Assembly (NCBI GenBank): GCA_963805085.1 | Contig: CAWDTA010000002.1 | Location: 1,184,001-1,248,000 of the forward strand | Direction of reading: 5' to 3' | Source: an uncultured Veillonellaceae bacterium | GTDB taxonomy: Bacteria > Bacillota > Negativicutes > JARBTT01 | Length of the DNA: 64,000 nt | Shown here: positions 38,645 to 48,176 of the stretch, piece by piece | Numbering within the stretch: position 1 is the first letter of the stretch | How the letters are laid out: each line of letters starts with the position of its first letter | Made by a program: the position numbers and the translations under genes | Notes under the pieces: generated by a model | The model's database searches: none | What the model was told of the DNA's origin: nothing | What the model saw: the letters and a program-made list of their open reading frames with translations, nothing else

Positions 38645-38781
38645 CAAACACACGTAAATTTTTATTTACGTGTGTTTGTCATGGCGTATCGTATATTAAT
38701 TTTGCAAGAATGTTTCATGCCTCTACAAAGTACAGCTGAAAGAAAAAAGCAGGTGTTATCACCTGTTTTTTTCTTTCAGCT
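38645..38781. terminator. Two terminator hairpins between the convergent MCP and mgsA
   Basis: ACAAACACACGTAAAT/ATTTACGTGTGTTTGT and AGCTGAAAG..CAGGTG/CACCTG..CTTTCAGCT. Confidence 0.7.
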
Positions 38782-38847
38782 ACAATTACTAGATTTTATA
38801 TAGCAAAAATGTAAAGTCTGCTGTAAAATGTAAATGATAATATTTGG

Positions 38848-39216
38848 TTATACTTGTAATGATTTTACTAAGATATGTGCACTTTTTCTGTTTGTTGCGA
38901 GTGGGATGTTATGCACATCACAGATTCTAAGTAATGCAGTAATATCTGGTTCATGAGGCTGTGCTGCTAATGGATCACGCAGGAAGATCACAAGGTTTAC
39001 TTGTTCCGTGGCGACTAAAGCACCAATTTGTTGATCCCCACCAAGCGGACCAGACATATAAGCTGTGACTTCAAGACCGATTTTTTCTTTGATTAAGCGA
39101 CCAGTCGTAGCGGTTGCTACAAGATGGTAATTAGATAGTAAGTCTTTGTGATGTTCAACAAATTCTAACATTTGTTCTTTCATACGATCATGAGCAATTA
39201 AAGCAATCGTTTGCAT
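38848..39216 (-). CDS. mgsA: Methylglyoxal synthase
   Basis: [28 protein letters not shown]. Confidence 0.95.
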   Translation of the reverse strand: MQTIALIAHDRMKEQMLEFVEHHKDLLSNYHLVATATTGRLIKEKIGLEVTAYMSGPLGGDQQIGALVATEQVNLVIFLRDPLAAQPHEPDITALLRICDVHNIPLATNRKSAHILVKSLQV

Positions 39217-39423
39217 AATATTACCTACCTTATCATTTTCAAAAATTTTAAATCAGTATTGCAAAGATATTTATTACTTAGTTTCAAGTATAAAGCATTT
39301 TGAAAGAATGGTAAATAGTAAAGTAAAAAGTCTTGTAGATTGCTATAGTTGACAACGATTGGTACAATATATACATGATTTAAAGAGGCGAATAATAAAA
39401 ATGCATTATAGGAGGCAGTATAT

Positions 39424-41337
39424 ATGATTAGAGAACAACGTAGTAGGACAAAGTTGGCATCGTATTATTCTAAATATATGGAAGAAGGCGTCATCGATCC
39501 GAATGTGCATCCGTGGGTTGCAGAATCTTGGCAAAAAAGCCGTGCAGACAATGTTTCGACGAAAGCAATGTCGACGATAAATTATTTATCAGCCGAACAA
39601 TTGGCGTTATATCAACAAAAACATAGTAACGCGATTGAGTATTTGGAAGAGTTCAGTCAACAAATTAGAGAGTTTTTCCAAACGTATAACTTAAGTCTAC
39701 TTTTAATTGATGCGGATAATTATGTATTAAAAAGTTATTCATTACCATTTTATCAAAAAACACCGGGTGAAATTGAAGGCGTAAGAGTTGGGGTTCAAGA
39801 TATTGGTACTTCTAGTATTAGCATCGTGCATGAACATAAGACCCCCTTTTTATTATTTGGTCCAGAAATGTGGATTGAGGAATGCCAACAAGGTGATGCT
39901 TGTTCTGCGCCAATCATGGTGAATGGTGAACTTGCATATATAATTACGTTTGTATCCGTGGAACAGGAAACATTGCCACATAACTCAGTGATTTCTATTA
40001 TGCTTACGATGAAGCATGCTTTAGAAAAACATCTGAGTATATCGTTACGATTAAAAGCGCAAGAGGCTATTTTAGATGCAACGCCATTTGCGGTTTATCA
40101 TGTTATGCCGGGTGGGGAAGTTGCGTATGCGAATAAATTAGGACTTGATCGTTTGGCAGGACTCGGTGCAACCAAAGAAGGTTCCTCAATTTTAAAATTA
40201 AGTGATGTCGTATTAAATTATCGACATACACCAATCTATAAAGGGTTTAGCGGAGTCCCATCCTACAATAAAGAAGTAACTTGGATTACCCAAGCGAAAA
40301 CTTATGAAGATATTACAACCGTTGTACCTTTAGAACGTGATACAGATCAAGCAGTAAGCAGCGTCGTTACCGTGTCGATGCCGATTGAAGATCTACGTAC
40401 GCTGGTAGCACATGCAGCTGGCTATACGGCACGTTATAGTTTAAGCTCTATGGTTGGTGAAGGTACGACCTTTATTACAACCAAAGATAAAGCGGCTCGT
40501 GTTGCGCGCAATCAAAACCACATCTTATTACAAGGGGAATCTGGTACCGGGAAGCAACGTATGGCTCATGGTATACACCAGTCCAGTGGCAGGGCAGCAT
40601 GTCCGTTGATTTCCGTAAAATGTGGGGATATCACACCAGATTTATTGGAACAAGAGCTATTTGGGATAACGACCAGTAATCCTGAAATCAGCCATCCAGG
40701 TAAATTAGAACTTGCCAATGGTGGAACTTTATTTATGGATGAAATTGAAAAGTTACCGATGAGTTTATCCAATGCGCTCGCGAAAGCACTGAAAACGCAA
40801 GTGATTAAGCGTATCGGTGAAGATGTAGAACGACATATTGATGTTAGAATTATCTCTGCTTGTGACAGCGATTTAAAACGTTTAACGGAACGTGGTGTCT
40901 TTAACCAGAGTCTATATGAAATCATTTCTAAAAGTGTGATTCGTGTGCCTTCGCTTAGAAGTCGTCGCGAAGATATTCCGATTTTGGCCAAGCACATTGT
41001 CAATGAACTGGCAGCGCAACATCAGATTGAACCAAAAACGATTCTGCCAGCGACAGCAGTGGTACTAAAAAATTATGACTGGCCAGGGAACATCAAACAA
41101 TTACAAGGGGTTATTGAATATGCCTTCTTTAATACCCAAGAGCAGGATATCCGTCCAGAAAATATAAATCTGATGGGTGACATCAAACCAGATAATAGTT
41201 GGAAAGAAGATCGCGATGTCTTTGTAAAAGCATGGCAAGCTGCTGGTGGTAACGTAAGTAGACTGGCGAACCTCTTAAATGTCAGCCGGGTAACATTGTA
41301 TAGATATTTGAAAAAATACGGTTTAGAAAAATCATAA
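39424..41337 (+). CDS. GAF-PAS-AAA+-Fis HTH regulator (AcoR/DhaR-like) lacking GAFTGA
   Basis: SW..S GAF start, GESGTGK, FMDEI, WPGNIKQL, NVSRVTLYRYLKKY. Confidence 0.88.
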   Translation: MIREQRSRTKLASYYSKYMEEGVIDPNVHPWVAESWQKSRADNVSTKAMSTINYLSAEQLALYQQKHSNAIEYLEEFSQQIREFFQTYNLSLLLIDADNYVLKSYSLPFYQKTPGEIEGVRVGVQDIGTSSISIVHEHKTPFLLFGPEMWIEECQQGDACSAPIMVNGELAYIITFVSVEQETLPHNSVISIMLTMKHALEKHLSISLRLKAQEAILDATPFAVYHVMPGGEVAYANKLGLDRLAGLGATKEGSSILKLSDVVLNYRHTPIYKGFSGVPSYNKEVTWITQAKTYEDITTVVPLERDTDQAVSSVVTVSMPIEDLRTLVAHAAGYTARYSLSSMVGEGTTFITTKDKAARVARNQNHILLQGESGTGKQRMAHGIHQSSGRAACPLISVKCGDITPDLLEQELFGITTSNPEISHPGKLELANGGTLFMDEIEKLPMSLSNALAKALKTQVIKRIGEDVERHIDVRIISACDSDLKRLTERGVFNQSLYEIISKSVIRVPSLRSRREDIPILAKHIVNELAAQHQIEPKTILPATAVVLKNYDWPGNIKQLQGVIEYAFFNTQEQDIRPENINLMGDIKPDNSWKEDRDVFVKAWQAAGGNVSRLANLLNVSRVTLYRYLKKYGLEKS

Positions 41338-41363
41338 GACAAAGTTAACAGGGGGATCATTCA

Positions 41364-42014
41364 TTGCGTTTAAGAAAAAAGCCTTGGATTGATAAGGCGA
41401 TATTAGAATTTAGTGATTTTGTTTATGCGACTTCAGAAAGTATAGAAACGATTGTAAAAGGTGAATGGGAAAATGTTTTTATGAAAAAGGCACCTCTTCA
41501 CGTGGAACTCGGTACAGGCAAAGGTCGTTTTATTACCCAAATGGCAGAGCGGCATCCGGAAATCAATTTTATTGGCATCGAAGCACAACAAGATGTTATT
41601 TACTTTGCGGCTCTTAAGGTGCGGGAATTGGGATTGAAAAATGTAAAACTATTGGTATTTGATATCAATCATATTGCTGATATCTTTGCTGACGATGAAG
41701 TGGATCGTTTCTTTATCAATTTCTGTGATCCATGGCCGAAAGCGCGTCATGCAAAACGTCGGTTAACGCACGTGAACTTTTTAGAGAAGTATCGGTCGTT
41801 ACTCACCGCTGAGGGTGAGTTGTTTTTTAAAACAGATAACCGTCCGTTATTCGACTTTTCACTAGAACAATTCGAAGTAGCCAAATTGACGGTGAAAAAC
41901 CTTACCTTTGATCTGCATAATAGTGGAATGGAAGACAATATTATGACCGAATATGAAATGAAATTCAGCGGCTTAGGTGAAAAAATTAATCGTTGTGAAG
42001 TATCCTTCAAATAG
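41364..42014 (+). CDS. trmB: tRNA (guanine-N7)-methyltransferase
   Basis: MRLRKKPW, ELGTGKG, NFCDPWPKARHAKRRLT, FKTDN, TEYE. Confidence 0.95.
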   Translation: MRLRKKPWIDKAILEFSDFVYATSESIETIVKGEWENVFMKKAPLHVELGTGKGRFITQMAERHPEINFIGIEAQQDVIYFAALKVRELGLKNVKLLVFDINHIADIFADDEVDRFFINFCDPWPKARHAKRRLTHVNFLEKYRSLLTAEGELFFKTDNRPLFDFSLEQFEVAKLTVKNLTFDLHNSGMEDNIMTEYEMKFSGLGEKINRCEVSFK

Positions 42015-42104
42015 CCAATCTAAGAACAAAATAATGTAGATATTTATTTAGCCCTTGCATATGATGTAATAGTTGAAAAAACACTGGAATGGAGTGTATG
42101 AACT

Positions 42105-43439
42105 ATGCGTCAGGCAAGGGCTAGTTTGCCAAATGAGGCTTTGAATATGGAAGAAATTAGATTTTGGTTAAAGATTATGCAAGAGCATACGATTTTTATT
42201 AAGCTAGGATTACCGAATGAGGTAGAGGACTATGTAGAGGCAACCAAGGAGTTTCATCGCGCTTTTTGTAGTTTATCGCAAAAAGCGGAACGGTTAAAAA
42301 ACAGTAAAAAAGCCAATGAATTATTGGTGGAACTTGGTAACGTATTAGAAGAGTTTTGTCATTATCAGCGCAAGCTGCTCAGTGATAAAATGAATGTTAG
42401 TTTAGGTGGGGCACATTATCCATTTTTTTTAGACCATGTGATTCGTGAAACTATGTATTTTTTAGCTTTAGTAAAACAAGTTGAAACAACGGAAATTTTA
42501 TATAAAAATGGGTCGCAAACCAAGGAAATGGTGCTATGGTTGCGCTTTATGGCTGATCATACGAAACTTATTTATCATTACTTAGACCCGTCAGAGCGAA
42601 GGTTACTTAAAATGTCAATGGAGTTTGTCGAGCTTTTTGATAATCTTGTTTTAGAATCAAGAGATGTCGCAAGTATGCTTTACTGTCATAGAGGTGAAAT
42701 CCAAGCATTTCGCCGCTTTCTATTAGATGTTCGCACCGATGTACAACGACTCAGAGATTTTAAGCAGATGATAGCAGAGCTGATTTCTGATTGTAGAGTG
42801 CTTAGCATTATGAGTGTGGATTTAGTAGACCATATGAAACGCGAATCGGAACATTTTTTAATGATCCTTGCGCTAATGGAAAAAGGTTTATTGAAACATT
42901 GTCCGGAAGGTTTTAAAGATGATGTAGAGGATGCAAATTGGGAAGAACAAGAGAGAATTGATGATGAGCTGGAAATTGAAGAAACTGATCTAGCCGACAT
43001 GCTAGAAGAAAGTGAGGCGAATCTAAGCTTTACTGGCGAAGAAAGAATGGAAATAGTAAGTAACCAGCAGGAAGAAGATTTAAAAGCAGCGGTGGATATG
43101 CTAACAGAAAACGGCAATGAAGATGAGCCGCTTATTGCCGTGATGCAGCTGGAAAGTTCAGAAAATGTTAGAATTAGTGAAGTGGAAAAAGAAAAAAAAG
43201 TTAAAATTGCACCTGAAAATCAAGCATCTATTGCAGAGATAGAGGAAAAGGTAGAAGAGAAGGTAGAAGATACAATACCAGTGGAGCCAGGCGTACCTAA
43301 GGAAAAAATTTATGCCAAGGCTAGCAGTTATAAATATATGCCAAACAAATTTGCCGGAAAAACTCCGGAAGAAAAACTCAGAGAAAAAACACAAAAAGAA
43401 AAGATGCAAAATAAAATACGTCGGTTAGGGAAAAAGTGA
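42105..43439 (+). CDS. DUF2935 tandem-domain protein with long acidic C-terminal tail
   Basis: Repeats FWLKIMQEH/LWLRFMADH and DH..RE..YF/HF; E/D-rich tail, basic end. Confidence 0.8.
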   Translation: MRQARASLPNEALNMEEIRFWLKIMQEHTIFIKLGLPNEVEDYVEATKEFHRAFCSLSQKAERLKNSKKANELLVELGNVLEEFCHYQRKLLSDKMNVSLGGAHYPFFLDHVIRETMYFLALVKQVETTEILYKNGSQTKEMVLWLRFMADHTKLIYHYLDPSERRLLKMSMEFVELFDNLVLESRDVASMLYCHRGEIQAFRRFLLDVRTDVQRLRDFKQMIAELISDCRVLSIMSVDLVDHMKRESEHFLMILALMEKGLLKHCPEGFKDDVEDANWEEQERIDDELEIEETDLADMLEESEANLSFTGEERMEIVSNQQEEDLKAAVDMLTENGNEDEPLIAVMQLESSENVRISEVEKEKKVKIAPENQASIAEIEEKVEEKVEDTIPVEPGVPKEKIYAKASSYKYMPNKFAGKTPEEKLREKTQKEKMQNKIRRLGKK

Positions 43440-43504
43440 CAAGAGCTACAAACGGTCTAAAAATAAAAATGGCAAAGCGTCAGATATTCTGAACCTTGCC
43501 ATTT

Positions 43505-44458
43505 TTATTTTGTCGTGTTTTCTTCAATAAATGCGCGAATTGTTTCCGTATAAGTTGCTTTATCATAATACACAGCACTCGCATGCGGTGTATCAGTAAA
43601 GAAATGAAGCTCTTTTGCGCCTGCTGTGGCGTTATACAGGTCTTGTGACATCTGTGCTGGAATTAGTGTGTCTTTTAGTCCGTGAAGATAGAGAATCGGG
43701 GTTGTTGAGTGCATGACAGCCAAACGTGGCGAAATTTGATCAAAGGTAAATTTGTCATGATAGTAAGCCGCGATTTGTGTATAGAAGAGGAGGATATCGG
43801 GCACGTTGCTATCTTCAGGCAATGCGGCAAGAATCGTTAATTGCTTGATGAGCAGATCTTTAAAATCGTTATACGAACTATCCGCAATATAAAAGCTGAC
43901 TTGCTGGGTGCTTTCGTTAAGCTCACTATGGAGAAGGGCTGTTGCTGCTCCCATCGAGATGCCATGAATACCAATGATACCTTGCGGTGTTTTTTGCTCT
44001 AGCCAAGCTAACCAGACATTGATATCGTCCTTTTCGAAATATCCCCAGGAGATGGATCCACCCCCGCTGTCACCATGACCGCGGGCATCGACGATGAGCA
44101 CATTATAGCCCATCTCTTGATAGATATCTAAATAATCAAGCCCGGAAGATCGATTTTGGAAGAGGCCATGTAAGAAAAGTATGGTCTGCTTGGATGTCTG
44201 CTTGGCTGGAATATATGTCCCGCGTATTGTATAACCATGCGGTGAATTCAAACGGACTTTTTCCCATTCATATTTCTTTTCTGCGGTTGCAATTTTTTCG
44301 ATATTTTGGGAGTTATCTTGTAAATTAAACAAGTTTTGATATAAATGTGGATACGTCAGTTCGCGATAAATGAATTCGCCCATCATCAGACCAAGTGCAT
44401 TGGCGGTGATAAATATACCCAGTGTTATACCAAAACAAAAAATCAATATTTTTTTCAT
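43505..44458 (-). CDS. Alpha/beta hydrolase with N-terminal membrane anchor (YqkD-like)
   Basis: LHG, DARGHG.S, GISMG nucleophile elbow, HG..D, H. Confidence 0.9.
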   Translation of the reverse strand: MKKILIFCFGITLGIFITANALGLMMGEFIYRELTYPHLYQNLFNLQDNSQNIEKIATAEKKYEWEKVRLNSPHGYTIRGTYIPAKQTSKQTILFLHGLFQNRSSGLDYLDIYQEMGYNVLIVDARGHGDSGGGSISWGYFEKDDINVWLAWLEQKTPQGIIGIHGISMGAATALLHSELNESTQQVSFYIADSSYNDFKDLLIKQLTILAALPEDSNVPDILLFYTQIAAYYHDKFTFDQISPRLAVMHSTTPILYLHGLKDTLIPAQMSQDLYNATAGAKELHFFTDTPHASAVYYDKATYTETIRAFIEENTTK

Positions 44459-44904
44459 TCATCATCTTTCTTTCATGGTTCAAGATTATATATTTTTTTG
44501 AGCTGTTAATGAAAAGTAAATTCTGTATAAATACAATGCATATCTTAAAGCCTACGCCAAGAATAGAAGTTTTGTCAAGAAGAGTACAAAAATAAAAGAA
44601 AAGTGTAAACTATTGATTCGGTAAATTGAAAGACTTGCTGGCGTCACAAGCTGGCTCCTTGACAGCCAGTATATTAATTATCTGCAGTTTATGCTTTGTA
44701 GTGCAATTTAAAGCTTCACTTAAATCGACATTTTATTCGCTTTTTGTCAAAAAGGCAGGAAAAACCCCGTTGTTTTTGAACTTATACAATGTGCAATAAT
44801 ATAGTATGGATTTATGTACAACATGTAAACAATTTTCGCTGCGAAGGAGGTATTTGTACTCTAAATAGGAGATATCAGCATGGATGTGAAAGGATGATTT
44901 ATAA

Positions 44905-46165
44905 ATGATTTGGATAGGTGTTGCAATTATACTTCTGACATTGGCGGCAATTGTTAAACGATATGAAACGAGGTTGGTCTTATTTCTTGCTGGTTTAGCG
45001 ATGGCTCTAGTAGCTGGCAACCCGTTAGCAGCCATGGATGCTTTTGCGAAGGCCATGGCCAACGAGGGACTCGTAACTACAAATTGTACTGTTATGGGTT
45101 TTTCTTATGTAATGAAAATTACCGGTTGTGACAATCATCTGGTACATTGTCTGACCTCTTTATTAAAACGGGTAAAATTTATCTTGATACCAGGAGCCGT
45201 ACTTTTAACTTGGCTCCTAAATATTGCATTGCCAAGCTGGTTGTGCAGCTGCTGTTGGTGCCGTGTTGATCCCGACCTTGATTCGGTCAGGGGTGCATCC
45301 AGCGATGGCTGGTGCCTGCATTTTAGGCGGAACTTTTGGTAGTACGCTCAGTTCTGGACTTGCGCACAATCATTTTGTGGCTAAACTAGCGAATGTGGAT
45401 GTAATGACCGTAATTGCGGGACATATGCCAGCAGTGCTCACGGCAATGGTTATTTCCGTTGCTAGTTTAACGATTATTTGTTACTTACGTAAAGAAGGAC
45501 CAAATGCTCAGCGGGCGGCTCAATTTAGTGCTGATGAAGAGGCTTTTAAAGTAAATTTCATCAGAGCATTGGTGCCATTGGTACCTTTAGCATTATTGGT
45601 GCTCGGAAGTAAATTGGTTGCTGTGATTTCGCCAATCACTGTGTCACAGGCAATGATTATGGGCGCTATATTAGGCTTTGTTGTAACAAGAAAGAATCCA
45701 CAAGAAATATCAAAAGGATTTTTTAAAGGCATGGGTGAATTCTATGCTGATGTTATGGGGATTATTATTGCGGCAGCAGTATTTACACAAGGAATGGAAA
45801 TTATTGGCTTGACTGGGGCACTCATTGAAAAAATGAAGGAGTCACAGGATGTAGCCTTGTATGCCGCTTCTTTTGGTCCATATTTACTAGCAATTTTAAG
45901 TGGTTCCGGCGATGCCGCTTCGCTTGCCTTTAACGGAGCAGTTACGCCACATGCAGTGCAGTTTGGTTTTCAAATAACCGACATGGGTTCCCTTGCTACC
46001 CTCTCGGGCGCATTTGGTCGCACGATGTCCCCAGTAGCTGGTGTGACTATTGTATGTGCGACCTTAGCAAAGGTGAGTCCGTTCGATATTGCAAAAAGAA
46101 CCGCACCAGGTATGGTGCTTGCACTGATTAGCGTTTTGATTTTCTTCTCATCTAGGCAGATATAA
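44905..46165 (+). pseudogene. DcuC-family C4-dicarboxylate transporter, frameshifted near 45235
   Basis: ORFs 44905-45342 and 45224-46165 join at NIALPS|AGCAAAVG; GSGDA and FGRTMSPVAG motifs. Confidence 0.82.
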
Positions 46166-46224
46166 AGTTGCGCTTTGCTTGACCCATTCGTAGTATTCAT
46201 TATACTATTTGGTGATATTTACAA

Positions 46225-46276
46225 AATAAAAACGAACTCCTGCAAATTTTAAATTTGATGGGAGTTCGTTTTTGTT
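46225..46276. terminator. Bidirectional terminator
   Basis: AAAACGAACTCC..CAAATTT/AAATTTG..GGAGTTCGTTTT. Confidence 0.65.
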
Positions 46277-46376
46277 ATTGCATCCTAATTTAAAGAAAAT
46301 ACTAAAGTTGACGACCGCGGTTTTTAAATTTTTTGTTTCATGTCTGCATTTGCTTTCCACGAAATGATCAAGGTGA

Positions 46377-47693
46377 TTATTTGCTTTTTGCAAATTGATC
46401 AGTCATATGCTCCTGTACGCCTTTAAAGTTATGAATGAAGGCTTCTAGGGGTGTTAGGTTATCAGTTACAGTAGAAAAGGTAGCAGTGGTGGCGGCGGTG
46501 TTCGTTGCGATATCATAGACCGTTTGCGTTAGTGTGATGTAGTAGGTGTTCTTTTTGTTTCTCACACGTACAGCACTTACGTCGGAGATAATCGCCCACT
46601 GACAAGCAGAGGCGCTAGCTTCTTTTCGCCAGTCAGAAGTAGTCTTTGCTGCCACATAGTCTGGTAATGCTTGCTGGTATTCTTCCTGTAATGATTCCTG
46701 CATGTACAAAAAGTCTGTCGTCAAGTCATTCGGGAGGTTATTGACGAGTGGCGCAATGTAGACACGTCCGGGATTTTTTTGTTTATGTGTGGAGGAGACT
46801 GGTAGTTCTATTCCAGCAGAAAGAGCTAGACGGCGTTTGTCGTAATAGTTTTTCATCGCCGAGTCTATATAGCCAATTAATTGGTGTGAATCACCTACCG
46901 TATCAGGTGCATGCCATTTTATTTGTTGCCCAAATTGCTGATAGCCACCGACCAAAGTTTGCAAGGCTCCAGTTACCATGTCGCCAGAATTGACAATTCG
47001 TGTTAGGTGAAGGGGGGAGCTGAACTTGTTAGCAAAGGCAGCATTGCCTACGGCAGGTGCGCCGAAGGTAATGACCTCCAATTGATCTGGGCTGATGCCG
47101 CCGCTAAGTAGTCTAGCTCCGGCCAAAGTGGCGGCTGCACCGCCGAGACTATGCCCGGTTAGAAGTAATTTGCGTGATTGGTCAGTTTGAAGCAAGTCCG
47201 TGAACGAGATGCTAGCCTGCTGGGGGCTCAGCAAGACTGCCGATAGACCAGCTGCAACGAATTGATTAAACCCTCTGTGCACTTTTGGTTCAGCAGCGGG
47301 AACATCTTGTTTAGCGGCATTGGTAATGAATTCTTCGGGCGTACTGCCAGCGAAATAGATTTTATCGACTTTTAAATCAGTTTTGATGTCTCGATCGTTT
47401 TCCGTGCCAACAATGGCTACAAGAGCGTAGGGAAATCCTTCTTTTTGCGCAATCAGATAGCGAGCACCACTATGACCTTCGGCTTGCACATAATGATCAA
47501 TTTTCCAGCCGTCTTGTTCTAAGTAATGATTTACCAACTCGCCGAGCCTGTCACTATAGGCTGCCGCGCTGGCGCCAGCGGCAATGTAGATTTTATAAGC
47601 TTGTTCATAGTCTTCCTTTGGTCCGGCATATCCTGTGAGTGGAAGGTATGATAGCGTACAAGCGAGAAGGCATAATAGCAAGATTCGTTTCAA
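46377..47693 (-). CDS. Secreted class 3 lipase-family protein
   Basis: Signal peptide; VHRGF, TGHSLGG, TFGAPAVGN, VNSGDMV. Confidence 0.88.
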   Translation of the reverse strand: MKRILLLCLLACTLSYLPLTGYAGPKEDYEQAYKIYIAAGASAAAYSDRLGELVNHYLEQDGWKIDHYVQAEGHSGARYLIAQKEGFPYALVAIVGTENDRDIKTDLKVDKIYFAGSTPEEFITNAAKQDVPAAEPKVHRGFNQFVAAGLSAVLLSPQQASISFTDLLQTDQSRKLLLTGHSLGGAAATLAGARLLSGGISPDQLEVITFGAPAVGNAAFANKFSSPLHLTRIVNSGDMVTGALQTLVGGYQQFGQQIKWHAPDTVGDSHQLIGYIDSAMKNYYDKRRLALSAGIELPVSSTHKQKNPGRVYIAPLVNNLPNDLTTDFLYMQESLQEEYQQALPDYVAAKTTSDWRKEASASACQWAIISDVSAVRVRNKKNTYYITLTQTVYDIATNTAATTATFSTVTDNLTPLEAFIHNFKGVQEHMTDQFAKSK

Positions 47694-47860
47694 TTTATAT
47701 CACCTCTTAGTTAGTCATGCCGCCATTGACGGCATAGCGTGTTGTATTTTTCGGGGAAGTAAGAATAGTTTACTTTGCTTTAAAAAAAAGCTTCCTTATT
47801 ATCAATTGTTTCATCGCATCACATCCCGTAGCTTAAAGTTGATAAGGTAATCGAATTGTA

Positions 47861-48043
47861 TCAGTTTGGTGGTTGTTTATGCATTGATTTATGGGTACGC
47901 TGCTCTAGCTCATCTTCTTCGCCAATTGAGACGCGATAAAATTCAAAAAAAAGCTGAAATGCTTTTACTATAAATAGCGCACCTATTATAAATACTATGC
48001 CTGTTACATACCACCACAAGGATAGTTCATCAAGCCATTCCAT
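47861..48043 (-). CDS. Small single-TM hypothetical protein (60 aa)
   Basis: AAGGAGGTG RBS; MEWLDELSLWWYVTGIVFIIG. Confidence 0.7.
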   Translation of the reverse strand: MEWLDELSLWWYVTGIVFIIGALFIVKAFQLFFEFYRVSIGEEDELEQRTHKSMHKQPPN

Positions 48044-48176
48044 ATTACGACACCTCCTTTGCTTTGTCAGTAAATATTCCAAGTTTGGTGCGCCAGTTAA
48101 AGCCTATTGTATCGGTGATGATGACAGACTTGGCAGTAGCTGGTTCTGATCCGTAAAACGCGTTATGGTACATAAT

